Assembly: GCA_964247055.1 (NCBI GenBank)
Contig: OZ176050.1
Location: forward strand, 7,936,001 to 8,000,000
DNA: 64,000 nucleotides
Direction: 5' to 3'
Origin: Paragordius varius
Taxonomy: Eukaryota > Animalia > Nematomorpha
Position numbers and translations under genes: made by a program. Positions 25,812 through 37,190 of this stretch are shown piece by piece (the stretch's first letter is position 1; each line of letters opens with the position of its first letter). The notes below the pieces were generated by a model that was not told the origin of the DNA, did no database searches, and was given only the letters and a program-made list of their open reading frames with translations.

Positions 25812-26415
25812 AAGCGGTATCCAAGAGGTGGTTTCGGAGCCACTTGTAGCTCTTTGAAAATTTTGAGTGGCTCTTTGAAAAATTTTTTTTGCACATAGTT
25901 TAATTTTTGAGCCATTATGCAAAATTTTTAAGGAATATGTTCAAATCGAGGCAAAACAAGCAGCGCATTGTTATTGATCTTTAGACGGATTTTATTTTAA
26001 TACAATTATGAAAGAGTAGCTCATTCATATATTTCTAATATATTCTTTAATATTTTTAAAAATTGCATGCTAAACAGAGTTCAGCAGGAATTTAAGTGGA
26101 TTAAGTTTTAGTTGTCTTTTAAAAAATTTATCAATTTCTTGTCATTGTATACATCCAATATTTGTGCTTTCATGAATGGCCGATATATTTGAAAAAATTT
26201 AGTTCGATTTGTCCATGCATTTTATCAAATTTTTTGGTTTTAAACATATTAGTACACTTTAACAACAAATTTAGCTTTATAATATTTTTACTAGTATTTT
26301 GTTATTTATAAATTAACACATGTATTTATGTTTGTATAAATTTATTTGATACTTATGTCTTGATATATATTAATTCAAATGTGGCTCTTCAAGCCATTCG
26401 TGTTGGACACCCCTG
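25812..26415. mobile_element. hAT-type MITE (CAGGGGTGTCCAAC family)
   Basis: Right TIR gttggacacccctg (26402-26415), degenerate left TIR aagcggtatccaag, and subterminal gtggctct repeats at both ends. Confidence 0.65.
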
Positions 26416-27258
26416 ACCTAAATGGTCAATAATTCTCGTTTTTGTATACAATAATAATGTAATAAGAATGTAATAAGAATGCATGGGTAAGGAGCCAAAT
26501 TGTTATCCAATTCCTACCGTTTGTTATAATTTATATAGCAAAAAAATATTTTAATAAAAATATCCTAAAAAACATAAAAATTTATTAAAGTTTTTCCTAC
26601 AAAGTACAAGATTTTACAGTGTAGCCAAAGTAGAGAGGGATGTATGTAGTATATGTTAGATAAGTAGTTAAGTTTAGTGTAATGTTTGTTCGCATCCTCC
26701 CTCGCAGAACAAAAATATTGATTTTGCTTAATAGATTTTTTAGACGCGTACATACATATCTAAACTTTTTCTGCATCTGTTTGCTTTGCTCATGTGCTAC
26801 TGTCTGTATTGTGTGGTTTGTATTATGAAATAGAGTTGGTTAAATTACATATTTTTGTGGTGGACTATCATTTTTCTCAAAATATATTGGCGTCAATATC
26901 TATCTTGTAATTTTAATACAGAAATCCACACACATCCTATTTAAGTGTGGAATTATAAATGTGTATGTCTTGCAAAATTCATGAATGCCAAATAAATTAA
27001 TTTGCAATGAATTAATCGAAAACTGTATTCTTCCTATTACGTGTGTACAGGGCCTATGGTTTAAAGAAGAATGAAAATAAAATTGTTTTCCCATTTAAAT
27101 AATATTTATATTTTTCCTTGATAGATATGGAATAATCAAAAGCATATATGGTTGATTGGCTTTCATCAGTTTTACACTTCCATTTTTTTGCAATATAATT
27201 TTTATAAATACACTAACATCATTCAATATCCTGTAAATTATAATTTATTAATATATTC

Positions 27259-28917
27259 ATGCTAGTAATCTCAACTTTGGGCATTTGTGGTGGAGTTATC
27301 ATTGCCATATTTGCGGTTAGCAAAGCTTACAAAAGTATCGTTAGCAATAAAAATAAAACGGAAGATGAAGAAAATTTAACTGACATACAATGGATAACCA
27401 ATCTTTGTTCCACCGCTAAGCCCAAAATCATGCCGTTAAAACTTTGCTCGCCTCTAAGCCCCAAGGGTATCAGTAACCTGTCCAAAAAACGATGCTTTTT
27501 ATTTCCTAATCTCAGTTCACCAACCAAAGAAAATGAATTATTTCGCTTTCGTTTACCGAGTGAACCTACTCTGCCTAGTCCCAGCAATGGGCAACCTAAT
27601 GGTTTGCTGTTGGCAACTTATAATCCCATATCTAACCAAACTGACATGAAATTCATCCCTAAAAAGGAAAAGGATGAATCTCCGATTTCACCAATCTCCA
27701 CATCCTGGGAATATTCATCGTTTATGAGCAGTGGAAATAATTCTAGCGGAGGTTACAGTCGAAGCATTAATGGCTGCACAACATTATCGTCGGAACCTTC
27801 CAGTACCAATAGTAGTTTTTGTGATGAAGGCATCGGAAAGGATATGAAAACTCCAATGACTCCCTATTCAACCAATACTATGTCAGTCATACCCTCAACA
27901 GGTAACACCTTAACTTCCCTCAATCACTCAATGGTAACTTGTTTGCCAAAAAAATATCATATGAACTTGGTATACGAAAAGAATAATAGCATGCTGTTAA
28001 CGGACTTGGATAAAAACCATACTCTTAAAAATGCAACCAGACATTTACCTATGATCAAAACGTTAGTTATAAAAAAACCTAATACTAGAGGAAAGTGTCT
28101 TTTAAATAGTGTGTCTACAAATGCAAAGTCTTGTTTATCGCCAAATAATTCCATGAGACATTTAAAAACACGCAGGTATCGTAATAATTCACATCCGCAA
28201 AAAGAAAAGCTAAAAAGAATTGGGAAACAAAGTGCTATTTCGCCTTTAAATCCCTTTAATCCTTTCCAGGATCAAGATAATCGATTAGGCAAACGTTGTA
28301 AATGCCATGAAACTACTAATCCCATGAAAAACAAGATAATACCTAACAAGCTAACAATGGATAAAACTACTCTCAAATATCCAAACATTCATAAGGTGTT
28401 TGCTTATTTAAGTTTACATTACGATGAAAAAGCAAATGTTTTCGCCATCAACTATCCCAAATTGATAGTAGAAATAGATCCGCGATTTTTTCAACACTCG
28501 CCAATGTCGTTGGATGAATATGGTATTCAATTGACAACTCTACTTTACTATAATGGTAATAACATCAATGCTATGAATGAGGCTGATGACAAATATACCC
28601 CAATGTTAAACGAAAATAGATCAAAATGTATTTATCATTTAGGGCCAGTATTTGGTTACACGTCTTTTAACGAATGTATTAAAGTGATTACAATAAATGA
28701 CACCCAAAATTTTGATTGGAGCTATTCTAAACTCCCGCAATTTCTAGAGATAAGAATGGAACAAAAATTACTTGTAAAACCCAATTTTTCAGAAGCTACC
28801 ACCCCTAATGCATGGAAATTAAATCTTGATTTGGAACCGCTAATGAATTTAATTAGGGATCAAACCATTGATGTTTGTAAGGAAATGCATATTATACCTG
28901 ATGAAACAGGACACTAA
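27259..28917 (+). CDS. 552-aa intronless protein: N-terminal TM anchor, Ser/Pro-rich linker, possible highly degenerate C2 domain (synaptotagmin-like topology)
   Basis: Long uninterrupted ORF in AT-rich DNA. Hydrophobic N-terminus LVISTLGICGGVIIAIFAV followed by basic residues. The C-terminal AYLSLHYDEKANVFAI and HLGPVF loosely resemble the SL.YD and LNPVF motifs of synaptotagmin C2 domains. The ORF is well supported; the product call is weak (~0.35). Confidence 0.75.
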   Translation: MLVISTLGICGGVIIAIFAVSKAYKSIVSNKNKTEDEENLTDIQWITNLCSTAKPKIMPLKLCSPLSPKGISNLSKKRCFLFPNLSSPTKENELFRFRLPSEPTLPSPSNGQPNGLLLATYNPISNQTDMKFIPKKEKDESPISPISTSWEYSSFMSSGNNSSGGYSRSINGCTTLSSEPSSTNSSFCDEGIGKDMKTPMTPYSTNTMSVIPSTGNTLTSLNHSMVTCLPKKYHMNLVYEKNNSMLLTDLDKNHTLKNATRHLPMIKTLVIKKPNTRGKCLLNSVSTNAKSCLSPNNSMRHLKTRRYRNNSHPQKEKLKRIGKQSAISPLNPFNPFQDQDNRLGKRCKCHETTNPMKNKIIPNKLTMDKTTLKYPNIHKVFAYLSLHYDEKANVFAINYPKLIVEIDPRFFQHSPMSLDEYGIQLTTLLYYNGNNINAMNEADDKYTPMLNENRSKCIYHLGPVFGYTSFNECIKVITINDTQNFDWSYSKLPQFLEIRMEQKLLVKPNFSEATTPNAWKLNLDLEPLMNLIRDQTIDVCKEMHIIPDETGH

Positions 28918-29999
28918 AAGTATTGACATGAGTATGATTTATAATTATAAATGTTATTTCATAAATGTATTATTAATATAATTTAATTTTTTAGTTTAGT
29001 AAATAATTAATTGTAATTGAAATTATTACTTAACATTTTATGACCTTTGTACTTTTTTGTCCGGAATGACATTTTGGGGTAGTATTATATTGAGCTCAAT
29101 CTTATAAATAAATTGGGAAAGTTAATTTAATTAAAATTTAATTATCAAACATTTGTATCAATGAATATCAGGTTTTTGTTGGAACAATGCAACCTCAAAG
29201 CTTAGAAAAGTTAATTATTTACATTTTTAAATTATAATATACATTTATATGCCTGTGATTCAAAAAATTTAAAGTAAAAAAATTTATCATGCACCTAAAC
29301 GGTCAAAGAAAGTATATTTTTAAATATACCCAATACACTTTAAAGATATTCAAATTTCAAATCGTTCTGGGAAATAAAACTACCCTAAAAGGTCATGAAG
29401 TATTAAGTCTGAAAGTTTTTTTATAATCATATTAAAAAAAGAAAAAATATATCTAATATCAAGTTAATTTGCACCATACAGTTCTTTCATTATGAGCGCA
29501 CAAATTATTCGTATTGAAAATATGAATTTATAATATGGTAATTTTACATAATTGTGAGAAATTACCATAAAGTACATAATCTACTTAAATTGTTATTATT
29601 AAGTATGTCAGTTGTTTCAACATATAAAAGATTACCATGAGAAATTATATGTATTATTTTAGGAAAAACGTTTTTTTAGATTATAAATTTTGAATTTCAT
29701 ATTTTATTTTATTTACGAATTTTTATGTTAGAGAGTCAAATGACAGTTATTATAATATATAAATTATTATAAAAATAAAAAGAAATATAAAGCGTTAAAA
29801 ACGGGAAATTATAAATAAATTATCATAATAGCCTAAAATGTCATTTACCTAACAGAGTCTGTTAAATGGGCTTTTTGCAAAAAAATTGGTCAAATATATT
29901 AACACGCCCACCTGGGCCAGAATCAAATTTAAAGGCAAAATATTGGAAAGGTTTTATTTAGTATGAACAATACAGTAATTGATTTAACACTTGTATACA

Positions 30000-30570
30000 A
30001 CGCATTCATTTCAGTCCTTCGAGTCGAATCGGGGTCGTTGGATACCCCAGGCTTGTTTAAAATTATATATTTTAAAAATATGTAATAAATTGCAACTATG
30101 GCAAAAGTTTGCACATATATAACAATGAACTGAAATATAAAAAAAATATTCAAAAATACTTGACTACTCATTTTAAGGTAAAACCCAAAGGTATAAATTT
30201 AACCAATATGTGCATAGGCTAAATTGAAAATAATGCAAATATACCTTTTTTTGTATATATAAATGTTAAATGTGGTTTTAATAAAAATGTAACCTTAATT
30301 TTGGCCATAAAATCAAATAAAGACGATATTTTGCAAAAAATTTTTGAAACAAAAATGGCTTCGAAGTAGTTTGATGCGGAACTTTTTTTCAAAACTACAT
30401 TTTATTTAGATATTTAAGCTTAAAGTTTTATTAGGATAGAAGCATAAATTTAAACAGGATCCGTTTTTTTCAGTAATCTTTTAAAAATATCAAGCTAAAT
30501 ATAATCTGGGGTATTTAGATACTCCAATTTGAATCGAAGTGTGGATTAAAATTTTTATTTAAGATTTTAG
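30000..30570. repeat. Dispersed repeat family B copy
   Basis: Aligns with 36470-36985 (catttcagtcctt...gttgga.accccagg.ctgtttaaaatt...aaaaatggc.tcgaagtag...tctggggtatt.t.gatactccaatttgaat). Confidence 0.7.
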
Positions 30571-30949
30571 ATTGAAAAAATTAAATTTTAATATAATCAG
30601 TTGTTTGCGCTTTTAAAATATGGTAATTTTGTTAATATGGCGTTTGAATCCATGATTGACCCCTTAAAAGATGCAAATAGAACTTATAAATATGATAAAC
30701 CAAAAAGATTCGATTTGTATCGCTGGTGTGATTTCAATAGCGATTGAGATTTTATGATTATTTTAACAAAAATAGAGAATTAGCGGCATTTAAGCTATAT
30801 ACCAAAATTTTTGACATTTCTTAACAAAATTTGTCTTTACGATATATAAACAATTCAAAATTCGAATTATTTAACAATAATATTGATATAAGAATAACAA
30901 TATGGTGTAAATTAATGTGTGCATTTTAAAATTTACAATTATTAAATAA

Positions 30950-31360
30950 AAAGAATTCATGTAACTGGAATCTTGCTAAATTTATCACTCCATTACCTTC
31001 TGGGCTAGTTTTACATCCCAGAGCGATTTATTTGGATATATTAAAAAGTATTTAAGCTATCAAATTTTAAAAACTTACTTTCGTCTTTTAGGGGCATTAT
31101 ACAAATTTTTTTTTAAAAAAATCTAAAATTGTGAAAAATCCTCATCTTAAATTTTTTTACCGCCATTTTTTTCTCTAAATTATTTTTAATCGCCAATGTA
31201 ACAGGCAAACAAATGATTATGGTTAGAAAATGTAATAATAAGAAGCTTTCAGGCTACATTTTATCAGCAAAAACTTGATTTTTGATTTTAATATAAGCTG
31301 TTCGTTTCAATCATGTTTTGGACCTGTCCCAATTTCAGACTCTTGAAGTCAAAATTGTAA
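30950..31360. repeat. Repeat family A copy (inverted relative to 1-400); ends in a motif resembling the 416-975 TIR
   Basis: Homologous to 1-400 and 976-1260. cagactcttgaagtcaaaat resembles gacactcttgaagtgcaaat. Confidence 0.6.
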
Positions 31361-32942
31361 AAATTAAAGGTTTATTTTATTACATGAGAACAATGTTTCA
31401 AATTAATTTAACTAAAATAACTTTCCAAACAGTAGTTTGTTTACAGAATTAAGCTTTGGGATATAAAACTATCCCAAAATTTAAACTAGGACAAAAAGTG
31501 AAAAAATAATGAAGTGTTAATGAGATTATGTGAAAACCTAATGGTTCGTTATTTACACCATTATCGTTTTATGAAAAAGTCAATTTTAAATTTTTTTAAA
31601 ATTCGGTTAATTAGTATAAGATTCATTTATTTATATTATTTTTATATTGGCGATCACCATGTTTTAAACAATTTAAATAAATATACGTATATGCATATGT
31701 TTTTTTAGGTCGATAAAAATATTAATTGCTTAATTTATTAAAATTATGAAATGTATTCCAGTAACATTGAGTTGCCAAAAGCAATATTTAATATCTTGAT
31801 TTAACGGTTAAGTATATATATATATATATATAATACATCTAACCTGCTAACACTTATAATCTTGAATAAATTTATTAATATAATTTACACATGATTTACC
31901 TAAAAATCTATCGGAGATAATTTTATATTTTTATATATAATGAAAATGCCATTTTGATAAAAAAGCGAATATTTGATTTGGTATTATGCGTTTTTTTCCA
32001 AAATTGATGATAAGACTGGAAAGGACCGTGACTTTGGCTTCTTTTAATAACCAGGCAGTTATATGTTATTCACGTGATATGAAATTAAAAAATATAATGG
32101 TTTAAAACTCTAATTCAATATTGAAAAATTGTATTGGAATTATTTTTTTTTTATTTGTTAGTCATTATTAATAATATAAACCCCTAGATGATTTATTCGT
32201 TAAGTTCGTTCTTTATTTAGATAAAGCTGTATTTTATTGTGATATCAATTGAGTGTTTTAAATACGAGTAACTTTTGACCATATAAAAGCAACTTTAGAT
32301 ATTATAAATGCTTAATTTTTAACAAAACCCCTAATTGTTCGCTAAAAATACTCAGCTACCATTTGATGCATTTCAATTTTTTGATTAGAGTATTGAAAAT
32401 AAATTTGATAGGCTTTTATTCTGTATGTAAAATAATTATCTAGGTTTTTATAATCAATATATGGGATAAATAATTGTAACGCAATTTTGGCTTGTGTTTA
32501 AGGTTTACATGATAATTTTTTTTGTAGATCACAACAAAGATTAACATATACACCGAAATCATAGACCGAATCCGCAATGCCTTACTTAATCCCATCAAAA
32601 CAAGCTGTCTCTCAATATATTTTTTCCATTTTACATATATAAATTTCTATTATACATTAAAGCAAATAAATTATTAAATATTTTCGTCAAATAACATTGT
32701 TTGTTAGTGTCGAGCTGAATTTAAAAATTACAAAACAAAAATTAATAATTATGTTCGATTCCTATTGAGCAAATATAAAATTTGTGTGATAAATGAAAAT
32801 CTCATTAAATCGATCGATACTTTTTGGTTGGCTTTCAAATATAATTATATATACATACATACGAAAACCAATACATATATTATTATATAGATGTATATGA
32901 TCCAATCATTTTCGTTGCTTTTATAATTTTAACGGAATATGA

Positions 32943-33926
32943 ATGGAGACTCATAAAGCATATGCATTTAATTTCGACTTGCCCACGCTTGCTGTATTTA
33001 CGGGCGCAAGCGCACCATTAACTCGAACCCTTTCGTCTAAATTTGTTGAACGGGTGAATGCACCTGGCTCAGTTATCATATCTGCTCATACGACAAAAAC
33101 ACTTGAATCTCATGCTCATTATCTCAAAACAAAATGTTATAAACCCAAAAAGATAATTAAACAAAATGATAACGTTGCATTTGGTACAAAAGCCGGATCC
33201 GATTTTTTTGTTCATTGTGCGACCTTGGATTTTAACACGAATACCCACGCGATTGCAGCTACCATTGAACAAGCTCTTGAGTCCGATAACATTCAATACA
33301 AACAGGCCATTCTGTTTCACAATGCTGGGCGCATAACACTATCCAAAAAACCGGAAGATTTTACCGCCGATGAAATTGCAAATTATTTCAAACACAACGT
33401 TACATCCTCCATTTGTTTAAACAATGTCTTCTTGGATTTCATATTGCCTGTTATGCAAAATTCATATGCCCTAACGCGAAAGTCATTTGCATCAACAAAC
33501 GATGCAATGGCTAAAGACAAAAGAAACCTTTTTATTGGCATCACAAGATGTTTTGTAGTCAACATGTCTTCCCCTCTGGCCACTAACCCTCTACCAGGTT
33601 TGGGTTTGGGTTGTGCATCTAAAGCGGCCCGTGAAATGTATTTCAAAGTCGTGGCTTTAGAAAATCCGGATGTAACCGTACTTAATTATTCACCAGGACC
33701 TGTTAAATTTGAAACGTGGCAAACCTTGGTTGATAGCACCCTCAATGAAAAGATTAAGCGGGCTGATATTTTAAAACCTTTATCAGCCAAAAAGAACGAA
33801 GATAGCTCCTCAGAATCTGCATTCGTTACCATAGATAATAATCTTACAGTGCAAACCCTGCTGCACATATTGGGAAAAGGTGGTTATCATTCCGGATCAC
33901 ATTTGGATTATAAGACAGTATTATGA
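32943..33926 (+). CDS. SPR-like: Sepiapterin-reductase-like SDR (327 aa, intronless) with degenerate catalytic and cofactor motifs
   Basis: ILFHNAG, VVNMSS, CASKAAREMYFKVVALENPDVTVLNYSPGP and the C-terminal SGSHLDY match SPR. YxxxK is GCASK here, and TGASRGxG is TGASAPLT. Confidence 0.85.
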   Translation: METHKAYAFNFDLPTLAVFTGASAPLTRTLSSKFVERVNAPGSVIISAHTTKTLESHAHYLKTKCYKPKKIIKQNDNVAFGTKAGSDFFVHCATLDFNTNTHAIAATIEQALESDNIQYKQAILFHNAGRITLSKKPEDFTADEIANYFKHNVTSSICLNNVFLDFILPVMQNSYALTRKSFASTNDAMAKDKRNLFIGITRCFVVNMSSPLATNPLPGLGLGCASKAAREMYFKVVALENPDVTVLNYSPGPVKFETWQTLVDSTLNEKIKRADILKPLSAKKNEDSSSESAFVTIDNNLTVQTLLHILGKGGYHSGSHLDYKTVL

Positions 33927-35648
33927 AGACATATTGTTATATATCATCATTGATGATATTATTCACTTGGGTAGATGTTAATGTGAAAAAAAAATTATTG
34001 TTAAATAAAATTTTATTAATAAAAAACAACATATTTTGAGTCAGGCGATATTAAATTTAATGTGGTATTTCGGGTTTGAAAATTTGATTTTGTCAATTCG
34101 AAAATCAAATCAGTTATAATTGATAATCGGTAGAGACAATCTCTATGTCTTACCGATAAAAATAATCAATATATTCGACGATATATAGTAAAATCCCAAA
34201 CATTACATTCTAGAATTATCAAATATCAACGGGTTGTTCTTAGGAATTTTAATTTTAATATATAAGTACGAAAAGCGTTAAATAATAGTATACAAATCTG
34301 CACTTTCATGCTAAGATTCTCTGGAGGTGGCCATTAAAAACGTGACTCCAATATAAATGTGAGTACACTGGCTCTCAAGAACGTGTTTATAAAATATCCC
34401 AAATAACCAAAATTCATAATAAGTATGTTTGAAGACTAAGAGATGATTTTCGCTTAATTGTCAAATATAATTATTTATGGAAAAATAAACCGGGTTTGTT
34501 GTAAAAATTTTAAAATATAACCTATTAAGTCAAGAGGGTTTATTTCAAATTAATTAAATGACCAATATTACGATGGATTGAATATACGCATTTTTGATTT
34601 ATAATAACTTTCAAACAATATTTGAGATAAAATGAATGGTAGTACCAATTCTGGAACGACAGTATTTTTTCAAAATTATATTAAAAAAGATGTTTGATAT
34701 AATATTATGAAAATAATTATGTCCACATATACATACTTGCGTCGTTTTCAAATATAAAGTTTTAATTTATTTTTAAAATGAAATAATCATTTCTATGATT
34801 ATTGTTAGTTTTAATATGATAGTTTAAAAATTAGGAGTTTTGATTCAACGATACTGTCTTGGATTTGACGTTTATACCCATCTACTTAATGGACTTGAAG
34901 TCCTTGTGTCATAATTCATCCATACATTTCACAGTAGCAGACAAAATTGAGCTGACACTTTGTAATGACATTATATTTATAGCGCTAATATAACCGATAA
35001 CGCGATTGTCTGATTTCGGCCGATGGAAATATGGTCATATAGTAAACCAATTGAAAAAATGTTTTTGGACTTTTATTACGCGCCAGGATTGAAGGAAATT
35101 TTATGCCTAAGTTTCGCACATTGTGATATATCTGTGATATATAAGTAAAATTACATTATAGTTTTTTTACAAGCCATAACACTAGGTCAAAGCACCTTAA
35201 TATGTATCCGTCCAAAAAGTCAAAAGGTGTCACAAAACTAATTAGAAGCTTAAATTACATTATATTTACGAGTATATATTAATATCTTATTCTGATTTGG
35301 CTAAAATTGTTCACCAAATTAAAATTTGGCACCACGACCGTTTTCTGTTCTAGCAACTATGTCGATTGGCAACAGTCCTATTTTAGTCATAATATCGCAA
35401 ATTTATTCCCAAAAATACCAAGATTGGTATGCTCTACTTATTAAGGTCTTTGAGATCATTGCAAATCTAATGTCAACAAGGCATCTTGTCAATGATGTTT
35501 GGTTAACTGACTTTTCTCACTGTGCCGTCTCGGGTGTTTTTGAGTTAACAGTGCTATGGATCTGTTAAATATTCGATACAGCATGCACATAAGAATATTG
35601 TTAAATATAATATTATTTAAATTAAACGAGCACATCGATATATTAAAT

Positions 35649-35966
35649 CAGGGGTGTCGAACACTCTGCCCTCCAAAATATTTGGCAGCCCGCGAGAAAA
35701 TATAAAAAATACCAAATACATAATTAATTTAATAAATTCTAATTTACAAAATCTAAGTAAAATTGAGGCTATTTTAACAAATATTGTCAATGAAATAGCA
35801 AAAACAGTTCATATAAATAGTAATTTTATTGAATTCGTAATTTTTTTTACAGTCTTAGGTGAAATCAAATAAAATTTTTGTTAATGCCCATAAATTTTTA
35901 ATGCGGTCGTCGGATTTTTTGAGGCAAAAATATGGCCCTGGAAGTTATTTGTGTTAGACACCCCTA
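35649..35966. mobile_element. hAT-type MITE (CAGGGGTGTCCAAC family)
   Basis: TIRs caggggtgtcgaac and gttagacaccccta. Flanks tattaaat and tgttaaat match at 7/8 positions (TSD). Confidence 0.82.
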
Positions 35967-36469
35967 TGTTAAATTGATGTAAGCGTATCTATAGGAAGTC
36001 TAAATTAATAATAATTGGCAATCGCATTATCCAAGATCTTATTTGAATGGAAGTTTAAAATACTCATTGCTGTATAACAGTGTCGAGCGCGCGGCTTTCC
36101 TCTATAGTATGTGCGGCACGCAAAAATTTTAAATACCAAAATAACCGTTATCCGATGTGTAAAAATCTTTATGAAATTAATATTTTAACAAGTTTTCATT
36201 TAAATGTTTCCAATTTTCGGTAACAAACAACAAATATTGGCAAAATAAATAGTAGTTAATCTCTTTCGTATTTTTTACAGCCTTGTCGGAAATCTAATAA
36301 ATTTATGTGCCCATTTCAAAAGGCTACCCACAGACATTTATCCATCCCTGGCTGTAAAATATGTTAATACTCTGGAAAAAGCTCAGGTCGTATGGACAAG
36401 CGCAAATAATAAATTTTAATATGCTCTTTTTAATATGTTCCGGTTTTTATTTAACACTTGGATACATAA

Positions 36470-36985
36470 AACTCATTTCAGTCCTTTGATCCAAAATGGG
36501 GTAGTTGGACACCCCAGGCCTGTTTAAAATTAAATATTAATAAATATGGAAGGAATCTAAACCATGGCAAAATTATCGCGCTTATATAATATTAATAAAC
36601 CGATACATATATAAAAATTCGTTCAAAAATACATTTTATCACTTATTTTAATGTGAAACCCAAAGATAAAAATTTAGTCGTAACATGTGTGCACGCATTG
36701 GCTAAATTGAAAAAACATACCTGAATAAACCACTTTTTCTATTTCTGTCATTAATTAAAAAAATTTAATTTTACCTTTACAATTAAACGATCACGATAAA
36801 AATGGCGTCGAAGTAGGATGACATAAAACATTTATTTTACGAAATTTTAATCAGATATTTTGGCTTAATTTTTATCAAAATAGAAGAAATTTATATTAAG
36901 ACCGTTTCCTCCAGTAGTTTTTTAAAAATATTAATTCATATTCAGTCTGGGGTATTTTGATACTCCAATTTGAATAAAATTGTTA
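36470..36985. repeat. Dispersed repeat family B copy
   Basis: Homologous to 30000-30570. Confidence 0.7.
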
Positions 36986-37190
36986 AAGAATTTTATGGAG
37001 TTGGGATATTTAATTAATAAATAATACGCCATCTACACTTTAAACTGACTAAATGTTTGTTTGCCTTTAATATTAATTATAAATTGGGTTTGTTAATTTA
37101 AAAATTCATATTACTAGTAGGAACGTTTTCAAAAAAGTGTTTAAATCATCATATGTTGTGAAAACATTAGCCCGCATGTTTTAATCAAGC

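Noticed and set aside
34830-35600. Semi-open reading frames on both strands with possible splice signals
   Set aside because: I could not assemble a stop-free model or recognise a domain. It may be a decayed gene or TE.
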